Part shown: positions 23,873 to 36,109 of the stretch, piece by piece
Numbering within the stretch: position 1 is the first letter of the stretch
Layout of the letters: each line of letters begins with the position of its first letter
From: Tubiluchus corallicola
Taxonomy: Eukaryota > Animalia > Priapulida
NCBI GenBank assembly: GCA_030141605.1
Contig: JAQGDQ010000113.1
Coordinates: 62,001-126,000, forward strand
Length of the DNA stretch: 64,000 bases
Direction of reading: 5' to 3'
The notes under the pieces: generated by a model
What the model was told of the DNA's origin: nothing
The model's database searches: none
Seen by the model: the letters and a program-made list of their open reading frames with translations, nothing else
Made by a program: the position numbers and the translations under genes

Positions 23873-24534
23873 TAAAACACTGAAAAGGTTCTCTAGTGTT
23901 GTTTACTGTATCCAACGTTGTTGACCGCCATTTGCTTAGTAAATCTAACACAACTGTTTGCATTCACCATTATTAATCATGATAATAATCATGACTGATA
24001 GGCTTATAACGTGTATCAATGATCGTTCATTAGCATTCTGTTGACCAAGCTTCATTACCGGCCATGCAGAGGGCACCTCCAAGTACAGGGGTGAGAATCC
24101 TCTGTACCTATTTTGTCACATTTTTGAGTTGGATTACTGCACCATTTGCATCATAATTGCAACTTTCCGGAATAACGTAATCTTGCTAGTGCATGTAACG
24201 TGCTAGCGCTGTTGCTCCTGAAAGCATTCTAACTTTGGATGGTGCTCAGGTGTCGAAGTTGTTGGTTCCCTTTGGTCTACAGAAGTGCTAGACCTGTACA
24301 GTCTTCGTCAAAAGATAAATCTGCCAGATTATCTAATTTGTAGACATTTTATGGTTCGCCAACAAATTATGAAGCAATGATATGTGAAGAATTGCTTATT
24401 TATTCACAAAATTTCGATATAATACCAGTCTTTGTCAGATATTTATCAATATAAAGTAAAATAAAAATAAAATAAAAATAGTCTAGAAGTAAAATTTGTA
24501 GTGATTAGCAGTCATTTCCTAAATCTCAATAATT

Positions 24535-24535
<1 letters not shown>

Positions 24536-24571
<36 letters not shown>

Positions 24572-24646
24572 GAAGAAGAAGAAGAAGAAGAAGAAGAAAA
24601 AGAACAACAACAATAACAACAACAACAACAACAAGAACAATAATAA
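24536..24646. repeat. Compound microsatellite (AAT)n(AAG)n(AAC)n
   Basis: Directly visible. Confidence 0.95.
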
Positions 24647-25482
24647 TTTTATTTGACTTCATTTTATCTGACGATGGTGACGTGATGTGTAATGCAGGTA
24701 CAATGCAGTGCATTGTAATTCGCGATATGATGCAATATAATATGATGGGATGATGCATTTTGGTTTCATTCGGTTCTTCGATTTATAGACTACTTTTATA
24801 GTAACATAGCAAACGTTTAGCTATAACAAAGCATAACTTCGGTCGGTATAACAACTGTAATCAGTATATCAGCCTGGCGGACGAAAACGGCTTTAAACGT
24901 TGATTACCTCGAAGACTGTCAATCCAAGGATTCTCCAGGGATCTCAGTCATTGTAACTCGTTGTATAAGTTCTTTGTATAACCAAACGTTTTCTTTCCAC
25001 TTTGCTTTTACAAAACCTCACATTTTTTTTACAAATTACCAAGGTCACATGGCTGACATCAGGTTATCATGGGCAAATATTGATCACTGTTTGCATTGGT
25101 TCTATAACTGGTCCGAGCTGTATTTCGGACCGAACTCTGATTTCAGGGTTTTCTTTGAGATATTCATCAGCTAGCGACAGAATCTGCTCAATATCGATAC
25201 CCAATAGCGATAGAGTCTACTATAGATCATGTGGCATGACTGGTATCATGTTCATTTTCAAGCATACTCCTCGAAGGCTAGACGCCGAACAGGCACAGAT
25301 GTCTCAACTACATTAGAAGCATAGAAATCCTCCCCTCAACGTCGCAGAAACCACGTAGAACAAGTGTCGAACTTGGTTCAGCCATCGATTTACTGATCAA
25401 GTTCAACGTTACTTAACTTCAATTGTCAAGCACACACTGTACCCACCTGGCCACTCACCTGCCAGTACACCTAGCTTTTTTT

Positions 25483-25564
25483 GTGTTCTCAAAATGTTTT
25501 TGCCTGAACCATGGTTATCATTTGCCTATAAACTAGACAATTTTAAAAACAATTTTTAGAACAC
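25483..25564. repeat. Small inverted-repeat element related to 14477-14518
   Basis: GTGTTCTCAAAATGTTTTT ... AAAAACAATTTTTAGAACAC. Confidence 0.55.
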
Positions 25565-26507
25565 CATTCAGTGACAAACTAATCTAATAAAGGCAACATC
25601 ACGAGTAGTTTGTAGAAAACAAAAGAGAAGCTGATTCCAACTAAAAGTATGGAAGTTGCTTACTGTTTATTGTTTTGGAGTAGTGCCAGGCCTTATTAAT
25701 AAGTGATGAGTGACCCCTAGAAACTTGCTTTAAACCGTTTAATGGCACTGCTTAGGTGTTCATGTCATTGACGGCGGACGCATACGTATTCAAACGTGGT
25801 TAAGACAGATCTGCTGGTTTAGAGATTCATTTTAGAGGATTATTCTTGGTAATTGGCTAGATTCCGGTCCCGCTCCAACCATCAACATTATTAGTTATCA
25901 GTGGGGTGGAGTGTTGGTTTCCACTTGTAGCGTATGACCCAACCGTCGCACTGGGAGCAAGACAAGCAAATTATGACGCTTTATGTGAGCTACATGCACC
26001 TATAAAAGCTACTAATTACGTCACTTATATGGGTACTTTATTACCTACCCTGTAATGTAATGACATCCTTAATACCAAAACCCAGTGCATAACTTTTAAA
26101 ATTGCCACACACCGAATGCATATTTGTAACATCATTAAATTCTTAGGAAAACATAAAAAATGATTTCAGAATTATTCGGTTTACGGGGGCAAAATTCAGT
26201 CAAATCACGCGCCGTTTTTTTAGCGATGTAAACAAACATGCTGTTCGTGACGAGGGCTCGTAAACGATCTATATGAGCAATAATCTCCTAGTAAAAGTCC
26301 ACTATCTTTCGCTTATTGCTCGTTCACTGCTTTTCTCTGAGTCATTAAAAGAACGTGGTTTATATGGAGTGTTCTGACTTCTGACGGGATAACCATTTGT
26401 CTATCAGTAGATCTGTGTCTGTGGTTCTGTGCACATATCCGTGTCGACGTCGAGGTCATTGCTAATCCTAACGAAAAAGTTGATGTTGACGGTGATGTAA
26501 CATATAT

Positions 26508-26950
26508 TGTACTCAGGACTGGAACAGGCTCATCTTAAAATTAAAATAACGAGATTTAAATTAAAGAAATAAAATTTAATGCTGGCAAGTGAATCTCTCA
26601 GGTGTGCGTGCCTTTATCTAGAACAGACTCGTATTCTGACCTTGCATTAGTAAAAGCTAGTAGTTACGTGCACACCTGAGCTTATAGAAGGTCTACTGTA
26701 GATCCTTGTCAGTGGTCAGTGCCATCCGGCTTTGTTCACATTTCCAGACTTTGTCGCAAATGGGCCGGCTGAGTCCTTTACTCCAGGCTTGACATTTGGG
26801 TAATCTGACTGTGTAGTTGTACATAAATGGTTGATTGAATTATTTTATCTGATTCCATGATTTTGTTTTAGCCTAAGCAAAAACATGCAGGATAACCTTT
26901 ATTCAGGCCGCAGTGTTATCCGCCCTGCCTCCGTTATGAACGGACGGCGG

Positions 26951-26954
<4 letters not shown>
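26508..26954 (+). mobile_element. Solo LTR of a family related to the 17870-21602 element
   Basis: TGTACT...GGTCCA termini with ATAT on both sides. Shares CTCAGGTGTGCGTG, AGACTC.TATTCTGACCTTG, ACGTGCACACCTGAGCTTATA, CTGTAGATCCTTGTCAGTGGTCAGTG and AGGCCGC.GTG.TATCCG..CTGCCTCC with those LTRs. Confidence 0.9.
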
Positions 26955-26985
<31 letters not shown>

Positions 26986-27251
26986 TCCAATAAATATATA
27001 TTATTTGTTTATTTCCCAAAAGGTAAAAATTATACTTTACTCATTTGCAACCTTAACTTAATTCATCTGTACAATATTTAACATAAATTATATTGATTAG
27101 TAAATAGCATTTATAATTAGTGTCTATGTACAAATAATATAATATTTATTTGAATAACAGATTTAGCAACATCTCTTTTACTTCATCATCACAAAAGCCT
27201 TGTATTACCCTGTATTTGCTGCTGATGCTGAGTGGCTGGCATTTATATTCG

Positions 27252-27475
27252 TGTTGATTTGTTGTTGATGGTGACGTTAATGTTGAGCCGCGGTTAACGT
27301 TGGTGTTGATATCGACGGTAAACGTGACGGCACCGTTGATGCTGATGTTGACATTGACGTTGTCATAGACGTAAATGTTGATGGTGATGTTGATATTGAC
27401 CTTCTACAGATGCTTATATTGATGTTAATGTGGATTTGATGTGGATGTTAATGTTGATGTTAATGTTAATGTTTA
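27252..27475. repeat. Degenerate (GATGTT)n hexamer repeat
   Basis: GTTGAT/GTTAAT units. A similar patch precedes the solo LTR at ~26480. Confidence 0.75.
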
Positions 27476-27839
27476 ACTTTAGACACCAAAGAAGCTTCAT
27501 TGCTAGTTTTAATTGATAATAAAGCCAGCTAATGAATCCAACCATCCAAATGATATAAAATGTCAATATCAGATGTTGTAAAACTCTGGAAAATTCATTG
27601 TAAACACGCCCATTTAATCGGGTATTATTTCTCCCCCACCATTTTACTATTAATATACCTGGTTTGAGGTATTGCAAATGAACAACGTCGTTAGTGGTTT
27701 CCCATGGGAAATTAGTTTACATATTACAAAGGCATGACACAGAAGCGAATTCCTTTGATCACACAGTTGTTGGGATTACCTGAACTTACAGTAACATTAA
27801 TTTCTATAACAACACATCTCAATTATATAAAAGCAAAGC

Positions 27840-27972
27840 AGTAGTAATAGTAATAGTAGTAGTAGTAGCAGGAATAGTAGTAGTAGTGGTGGTGGTAGTG
27901 GTAGTAGTAACAGTAGTAGTAGTGGTGGTAGTAATAGTAGTGGGCGTAGTAGTAGTAGTGGTAGTGGTAGTG

Positions 27973-28057
<85 letters not shown>

Positions 28058-28078
28058 AGTAGTGGCAGTGGCAGTAGC
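27840..28078. repeat. (TAG)n microsatellite
   Basis: Directly visible; accounts for the poly-Tyr spurious ORF. Confidence 0.97.
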
Positions 28079-28934
28079 ATTTAAAACTAAGTTCCTAATA
28101 TCATTAGCTAAGCGTGTTGATATTTACAATTACACATACGCAACACGGTTGTTTCAACGCACAGTAAGCAGCATTTTGGCTTATTTCTTGTAAATAAATA
28201 AAAAATTTCAAATTTAGCGCACTAGCGGCCTGTCCACATGCACGAGAATCGTACGGTATGCGTGCACTTGATACGGTAACGGATGGTTCAAAATGTACGA
28301 AATCTGTGGTAGTTTTGTCGAAGCAAAAATCAATAAAACAGGTCGCGGAGGAGGGAGGGACGCACGTTTCGCCAATATTGCTACTGTGACGTGCCGCACT
28401 CACCTGATCGTCGGTATGTTCTGCATTTTTCATCGCCGGAGATTCTGGATGTGCGTATAAAACGTTCTAAACTAATAACTATCCATTTCCTAACACCTGG
28501 TGTTCAGTCAGAGGACGTGTAAACAAAGTTTGTGGATATTGCATACATTATACGTCTTCGAAATTTCTAGTGTGCATTTCAACAGGCACGCCCGCTTGCG
28601 TGTGCAAAACTCTTTTAATTAACAGTCGAGCGTCATTATAATCAGGAAACCTTGCCAATATTATTGAAAGCAGAGCCTGGGGTTCATTAAAATCACACAT
28701 TTAATTCCTTAAAGAAAATGAACAAATGCAGCTGCTTAAGGCGCTGCTTATAACATAACGAAACGCGCTTGCCCTGCTCGTGATGAACGTTCGTTTAACT
28801 TTAAAAACGGCGCAAACGGTGAAAGCAACTTAAATGTAAAAACACATTTTGGTTCTAAACTGCGAACCGAAGCCTGGTCTAATCCGTAACAAAAATACTG
28901 TAAAACGAAATAATTCGAGTCCCAAGTGATAATC

Positions 28935-29345
28935 TTGACACGATCTCTCAAATGACAACCTTAACGCCTCCCTCAGTAGCAGCATTAACACATCTCGATT
29001 GGCAACCTCGGTACCTCTAAAGTGGAAACCATGACACTTCCCACGCGGCAAATTGGACATCTTTCAAGTGGCGACTTTCACTCCTCCCAAATAGTTGCGT
29101 TAACACATTTTGCCTAGCAAACTTGACACCTCTCAAGTGCATCTATGACAATTAACATGTGGCAACCTGGACATCTCTGAAGTGGCGACTTTGACGCTTT
29201 CCAAGTAGCTGCGTTAACACATTTTGCCTGGCAAACTTTACGCCTCTCAATTGCAACCATGACACTTCAAACTTGGCAACCTGGACATCTCTGAAGTGGC
29301 GACTTTGACGCCTTCCAAGTAACAAACTTAGCACCTCTCTCATTG
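28935..29345. repeat. Tandem repeat with a 114-bp period built of ~19-bp subunits
   Basis: GGCAA..TGGACATCT...AAGTGGCGACTTT recurs at 29047, 29161 and 29275. Confidence 0.85.
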
Positions 29346-30639
29346 TCAAAACACATGGGCTTCAAATACTACTGTGGAAGCCGCTTGTTTGACTGTGGAC
29401 TTCTGATTTTCAACCCCTTTCTTGCTAATAGCATGTGTTTTCAAGGTCATACACGACATAAGATAAGACAGACATAGACTTTTGTAATAACAGATGTAAT
29501 CTAGTAAGTATTGGGAGATCAGTCAAGTGGGAAATCAATCAAATAATAATAAAAATGTGGAAACGAATCATCAAATCATAATAAAAATGTGTTAACATTA
29601 ACACAGAGAAAAACGGAATTCTTATAACTAATTTATTCGAGGTAGGAAGTATCTGATCGTGTTCTTCTGATCGGGTGCAATTGTCGTTAATATTCTGCAA
29701 AAAATTACACTGGTAAGAAACCAGGGGGAAAACTAGATTTACAACTAGCTGAAGGCAGCAAGATGAGTACCAGCCATCAGCCCAGATGTGACTGCATCAC
29801 TAGGTAATTTGTGAGGTACAGGATCAAAACTTAAACAGTTTATACGGTACAAACATCCCACTTTTTTCACTAACCATAACTATATTCGTAAATTTGGATA
29901 AGTATCAATAGGAAACGTAAAGAATTTAAAAATCTGCTTCTGACTGGCCCACTTCTGACAGCAAATCCACTCGTTTTAATGACATCAGTTACGTACTTAT
30001 CATACTCGTGTACTTGCACATCTATAAATATTTTGTTAGGTCTTTCTCATTAGGGAGCTAATATTGCATGTTTTGTGCTAATCGAGGCGTATCTTTGCAT
30101 GTTTACAAACATAAGTTGGATGTAAATAAGTACCTAATAGCCCTTAATGAGACTCGTTATGACGTGCAGCTACTCAACAACTGTTATTATTTCTGTAACT
30201 CTGCATACAGGACAAACCACATGAAGCCCTTTGCAGATGTGGGTCATAATGATTTCTCCCAACGTAATTTGAGTAGTTATATAAAGTATTTAATGCTTTC
30301 GTTGTAAAGAGGTTAGTGTTAAGAGATTGTCTGCACAGACGCATGAATTTATAAATGATTCATACGACAAACAAAAATATAGAGTTACCGTTCGGGATAC
30401 GTGTAAGACAAAGTTCAAAATTAATCGAAATAAGAAAACAGACTGACAGACAGACTAGAATCACTCTGTCCAGTGTGAGCGACCTAACATCGGAAATACT
30501 ATTTTTTTGCCGACAGATCTGTTTATTGTTGGAAATGAAAATGAAGCCACAACCGGCTTAACACAAATCTCTTCTGATACAGTTAGAAAATTTTTATACC
30601 CATTTCACTCATACAACATCATTATAATTAAGCTCACTA

Positions 30640-30790
30640 AAAATGCGGAATATGGTTGACCAGCTAGAGGGTAATTAGATCGGACAGCCTTATTCACTGG
30701 CGAACATAGTGGTTTAGTGGTGTGAGGCGCCTGTCTTGTAAGCAGAGGGTCCCTGGTTCGAATTTAGTCTGTATGTTTTCACATTTCCGG
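30640..30790 (+). repeat. tRNA-derived cassette (family B) followed by (TTA)n
   Basis: A box GTGGTTTAGTGG and B box GGTTCGAAT. Upstream and downstream (TTTTCACATTTCC) similarity to 53675-53835. Confidence 0.65.
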
Positions 30791-30791
30791 C

Positions 30792-30834
<43 letters not shown>

Positions 30835-31199
30835 ACTCTTTTTAGGATCGTTGAAAGGATAAGCGCTTGCTGAGGCAACATTTGCTTGAATGAAGAAACA
30901 AGGGTCTACTCCAACTCTTCCCAATAAACTTAATCTTGCCAAAATGTATATATCTTGCCAAAAGGGTAATCATCTTCAAAACATCTTGTGACGTCATAGG
31001 CTGAGAATTGTGACATCTATCGGCAAAAATTCGCATTAAACGTTTGTTTGAAATTATCACCGATAGGAATAGAATTTTATTGTTTGTCCTGTAAAATTTC
31101 AAAGCCAATCTTGGAAATGCGTGTCAGTACCTAGCTGAATTTACAAAAGGTTGTAAAAACTGAAAAATTGTTCCAACTGTTTGTTAGGCCGTGGAAATG

Positions 31200-31460
31200 G
31201 ATTAAATTTGATTGTTCCATTCTGTAGATGATACTTATATCGACTGTCCGAGTTACCTAAGCCCCAGTAACATCTTTTAATCATTGTTATAACCAGAAAA
31301 CTAGCGCAAAATTAAGAGTATCAGGATACTAATATTGCATTGATGGGTAATGCAAATTTTGACCACACTTGAATTAACACACCGTATAGATCTTATTGAG
31401 GTATATAAAATACTAACAGGAAAAAACATTTTGTCTGAAAATTTCTTTAATTTAGTTGTT
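31200..31460 (+). mobile_element. CR1-type LINE relic
   Basis: GATCTTATTGAGGTATATAAAATACTAACAGGA translates as DLIEVYKILTG, a CR1 ORF2 C-terminal motif. Boundaries approximate. Confidence 0.5.
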
Positions 31461-32534
31461 GATTTTTACAGAGCGTACTTAGTACAGCAATTTTTACATT
31501 AGCACTATGTACATGAATTCTACTTCTAGAACTACTGTAATTTTGTTTACTATACAGAACGAATTTTGCGTCTTCAATCTGAGCAGCTTAAACCCACAAG
31601 CCAATGCAAATCGTCTTGAAAAGTTTTTATTTTTTTCAAAATATCAGCATAGATGGCCGGGCGTGATTTCTTAACGATCATAGCGATAAGGCGACAGCTG
31701 TTAATACACGATAGTGGAACTCCGCATATTACAAGCAGATAATTTTTAGAACTTTGAATTAAACTGAAGCTGTTCATGCATTAATTATAATTGACTCCTA
31801 CTGTTTGAAAAGTTCAATTCTTACGTTAATAAATAAATGAATTTCTGGCTGACTAAGTGGATGAATAAAAGAATGAATGGATGGATGAGTGAACGAACGA
31901 ACGAACAAGCGAGAAAATGAATGAATAAATTCATCAACGAATGAGTGAAATGTCTAGGCATCAGCTTGCAAATGAAACAATTATCCTGTTACTTAAGTAG
32001 AATTCTCTACAAGTGCTTTCATTGCTTTGTATGACAGTAATTCTGTTTGGATTGCAACCCGGAGGGCTTCAGGTGACAGGTTTACGTGAATAATAGAGAA
32101 AATTAAATAATTAGATGAACGAGTACAAATCACACATGTCTGTGGTGTGATATATAACTGAGTGGTTACAATGTATGCTTGGCTTTGAAGTTAAGCTTCG
32201 TCGAATCTGTTTAGTAAATAAATAGGGCACTCTGGAAAACACCTTTTGCCTGCTGTTTGTCTCGTCTCGTTGAGTGACGACGAATGAACAATCAAATATG
32301 GACAACACACCGTTGCGAGTTCAGTATTTCATCTTACGAGATTATCCATATAATCGTAGATTCCGGTCGTGCTACAAGTATAAAGTTTTGCAAAGAGTAG
32401 AGCGAACTCGTTATCATTACTAAATCAATGTTTTAATGCATAAAAGCTTCCTCTCGCTCACCCACGTTAAGGTGAAGATCGCAACAGTTAAAACCTAGAA
32501 GCAAAGTTTGTTGAGGGAGAAAGGCGAAAAACTA

Positions 32535-32605
32535 CGAACCAACCAGGATTTGAACCCAGAATGTTATGGTTACAAGTGCCACGCGCTACCATTTAAGGCT
32601 TTTAA
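32535..32605 (-). repeat. tRNA-derived sequence
   Basis: Minus strand reads AGCCTTAAATGGTAGCGCGTGGCACTTGTAACCATAACATTCTGGGTTCAAATCCTGG, with A and B boxes. Confidence 0.6.
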
Positions 32606-33804
32606 GTCAACAACTCAAGCTGTACATAATTAGTCAGAGTTACCTATACGAGTGAAAAATCACTACATTTGAACACATCCAGCAATTGCACGTGCACACG
32701 TGCAAGGAGCAGCGGCGTTCACTTGAACTCACATCTACCAGAAGCAAAATTCCAATGTTATTCAACATTATCAAACTCTAGTACGACTAAAAAGCTTTCT
32801 TTTTTATGCTTTTCGTATCCCGCGTCAATTTGATCAGCAAAAATGTCGATAAAATAAGATCTGTGAAAGACCCTGTCCCAGCCAAATCTTAAAAGCATTG
32901 AATTGAATGAGCGGATTTCCTAAACTGACAAGAACTGTGAAGTTGTTTGAATGCCTTTTTACCCCATGAGGATTGATAACTTTCAATCTCATTTCATCTA
33001 GCATCTTCTCCAGGCAAAAGTCTATGTAGAAACGCGCATCAACAAACTCCTCAAAAACGATAAGTAAAAATTCCTTCAAAATTCAACAACTCGCTTATGA
33101 ACTACTGTGATGTCCTTCTAAAGGTTTCAGATGAAAAGAAACTTTAGGACAAAGTGATGACTGGACGGCCGACTGTCTTATTGGAATACGTTTCTTTCAA
33201 ACTGCAGAAGCCAGTAGCATCTAAATTGCTTCAGACAACTGTGTGAGCAAGCGATTCAAAATTTCATTGTTGAACAGCTGGAGCTGTACGCACTTCGGGT
33301 AGTTATTATATCTGAACGCAAGTTTTTTGAGGGTGCTTAATGAATTCATTGTAAATATAACATTCCCAATGTCCCATGAAGGTCGTTGAGCGTTAAAATT
33401 TTGTCTGTTGATTCCCAAAAGGCGTAATTCAGGTGAGAAAAGTGCTAAAATACGAGGATACCAGAAATCACGATGCAGCAAGAAAGTTGCTATTTGTCAA
33501 ACAAATATTTCAACCAGTATATTATAACTGAACAGTACAACTGTTCTTTAGTTAAATTACTGTAAATTAATCGAATAAACAATCTGTTATTCCCACAAAT
33601 ATAAACAAACTAACCGTACGTACTGCTTGGTTTGCAATAACTAGATAGATTTTTAAACACTCACTACTGTACCCAAAACGAATAAAAACGACAAACAGAG
33701 AATTGTGCTATGTAAATAAATGAAAAACCGCGTTTGTTGCAGTAAATGAGGTGTATTTTTTGTTTCTTTAAATGTGTTCAATATTTCGACATTACGTCCT
33801 TTCA

Positions 33805-33952
33805 GTCATCATCATCATACGCCCGTCACGTCTATTGTAGACATTGGGCAGGCAGAATTCTAAAATAAAAGAAATCTGCCTTCAGACAGGTAAACGCAGC
33901 AGTAATCCAGCAAAAAACTACACACTGCTACGCCAGTGGCTTGTCAGCAACC
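33805..33952 (-). mobile_element. Short 3' fragment of an RTE-like LINE/SINE with (GAT)n tail
   Basis: Perfect 11-bp TSD ACGTCCTTTCA at 33794-33804 and 33953-33963, with (CAT)4 at the left end. Confidence 0.75.
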
Positions 33953-34267
33953 ACGTCCTTTCAAGAATATACAGATAAAAATTACAATATGCACTATCCA
34001 GATTCCGAAATTGATGCCAAATTCTATTCAAAATACTTTCTTCAAAAAATGAATTTACAACGACCATCTCCCTGTCACGTTAAAATTTGATGTATCCCAA
34101 GAGGAGGTCAAAAGGCCTCCCCATTGTTTTTGTCACTTGTTCCTGCGCTTTCTAATTAATTTTAACAGTGATAGCTAAAACGCTAACAATTAAAGATTTT
34201 GCTGGTGACTGTCTCAGTTAAGCATAATATTGTATTGTGAGTTCTTAAGATACATTCATTGTTTTCT

Positions 34268-34756
34268 ATCGGGTGGCGCAAAAACATGCCGAAGTTTAGA
34301 CTACAATAATATTAGAAGCGAGTGCTGTACAAAGTTGAAGTTCACAACGTAGACATTGCTGTACATCAACTTTTAGTTGTGAATTATTACAAGTTTATAG
34401 TTTTAGTGGTTTTTAAGTTATGACCGAAAAGCTTTTGCATGTTGAAAAATTTAATGCCGGAACCTTGTCAGCTAATCATCAATTGAAAATCTGCGGCGTT
34501 CAGTGACATGTAAAGCACTCAGGAATGGATCAAAACAATAAAGGAATCAATTAGTTTATATCATGGTCAATCGGTCAGTACCAGACAAAACAAAGCACTG
34601 AAAAAGATTTGCTGCCAAGATAAAACATGTGATTCCCCTGGATTAAGTTATCTTGAAATGCCTTAAAGAGAAAGTGTACAATGTCTGTACAGAGTCGTTT
34701 TGTGCACAGGAACTAAAGGCAAAATGGTGGACACATAGAACACTTGCTGCAAATTG
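34268..34756 (+). mobile_element. Tc1/mariner-superfamily deletion derivative (second copy)
   Basis: Starts TATCGGGTGGCGCAAAA; ends with the QNGGHIEHLL-coding stretch. Homolog of 9038-9572. Confidence 0.65.
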
Positions 34757-35004
34757 AAACAGTAAATTTAAGGAAATTATTCAAAATTTTTGGGCTTCAG
34801 CAACATCTGTGTGGTAATTTTCATTTGATTTCGTTATTAATCTTATTATATTTTTTAATATTTATATTTATTATCTGTTAAATATTTTTTGCGTTTCCTG
34901 CTTCAATCTTATAGTGCTTATAGTTTGTTTAGAAATGCAAGAATTTGTATCAAAACACTGAAATGCTTCGACAGCTGAAACTAGGCTGGAAATAACTATT
35001 GTTA

Positions 35005-35265
35005 TCATTAACTAATTATTGATATTGACTGTGATTGCCAGAATTTTTGTAATCCATTGCGCTTTATTTCAGGCATGCTCTGTCATGTTGGCTGGTAGCT
35101 CAGGAGGTAGTACTAATCCCAGGTCTCGGGTTCAAATGCCGACTAGTCCACAATTTTTCAGTGTCTCTTTTCTCCAACTCATTATCCGCAATGGGTAATA
35201 ATTGGTAAAATAAACGGCAATAGTTTATAAACATTCTGGCAATCACTGTCATAATTAATAAATGA
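35005..35265. mobile_element. MITE-like element with ~45-60-bp terminal inverted repeats enclosing a tRNA-like cassette
   Basis: TGACTGTGATTGCCAGAATTTTTGTAATCCATTGC (from 35026) is inverted to GCAATAGTTTATAAACATTCTGGCAATCACTGTCA (to 35251). Internal GGTAGCTCAGGAGGTAG and GGTTCAAATGCC at 35087-35150. Confidence 0.8.
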
Positions 35266-36109
35266 CGTCATTACTTGCAGCTAAATATGGGAACGTATTC
35301 ATGCAAAACTATTGCTGAAATTTTGCAACTTTTACAGACAGGTAGATTCTTCATACGAAAATATAAACCAGAACACTGACTATTAAAATATTAGTTCACT
35401 AAAGCAGTAAAAAAATTTTAAAAATTAATCTTTAAGGATATATAACGTTTATTTACCAATCAAACATTAACAATCACTGGAAAAATTTACGGATTAAAAA
35501 GAAACTAAAACATTGAAAACAGGCAATAGGTCAATGTAGTGGAGCTGCAAATTGACCTTCCTACCCTTTTACCCACTTATGCATAGGCGTCATTGTTATC
35601 ACTTCCCTTGCTGCTACGTCACTAATTCATGCGACAAATGCAATTGCAACATTTGTGAAAAACGAAACAGAAAACAGAAAAATTTCTGCAAAAACTTGCA
35701 CGGAGTTTCGACTGCTCATTATATAAATTAATTCCTAATAGACTTCTGCGCTTTCGGGCTTCCGTAATTATAATTGATAAAGACATTCAAGAGGATATTT
35801 CGTATTCTCGCTTCGTTGCTTTGATTTAGCTTGGTAAATTACGTACATTTGCCAGATTCTCCAAGAGCTGAGCGCTTTTAGTTTAATGAATGTGCTTCTT
35901 AAATTTCCTGTTTCTTATAATAAAACATTCAAAACATTACTAGTTTGTCACCTGAGTGGTTTTGCTTCCAGGTTGCAATATAGTCGTGAGATACAACTAA
36001 TTATGCAGAACTAAAGATTAAGAATGTAACTTATTTTTGGTCGAAAGCTCGCCCAAGTCGCTGCTCTTCTGGATGTAGTTGGTGTTGTTTTTGTTCTTGT
36101 TGGGTGGAT

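Noticed and set aside
25140-25172. Minus-strand CTGATGA...GAAA hammerhead-like core
   Set aside because: The spacer cannot form stem II and I found no flanking helices.
27823-28080. Poly-Tyr, poly-Leu/Val, (SL)n and FIHS ORFs (also at 24519, 36581, 46173, 50469, 51514, 55262)
   Set aside because: Translations of microsatellites or minisatellites.
28935-29345. CRISPR-like repeat/spacer pattern
   Set aside because: The intervening sequences are themselves repeated, the context is eukaryotic and there are no cas genes. The same applies to 23670-23872 and 44480-44706.
32834-33481. Two short minus-strand ORFs as a possible gene
   Set aside because: No recognisable motif or convincing splice structure; possibly a transposon relic but unsupported.
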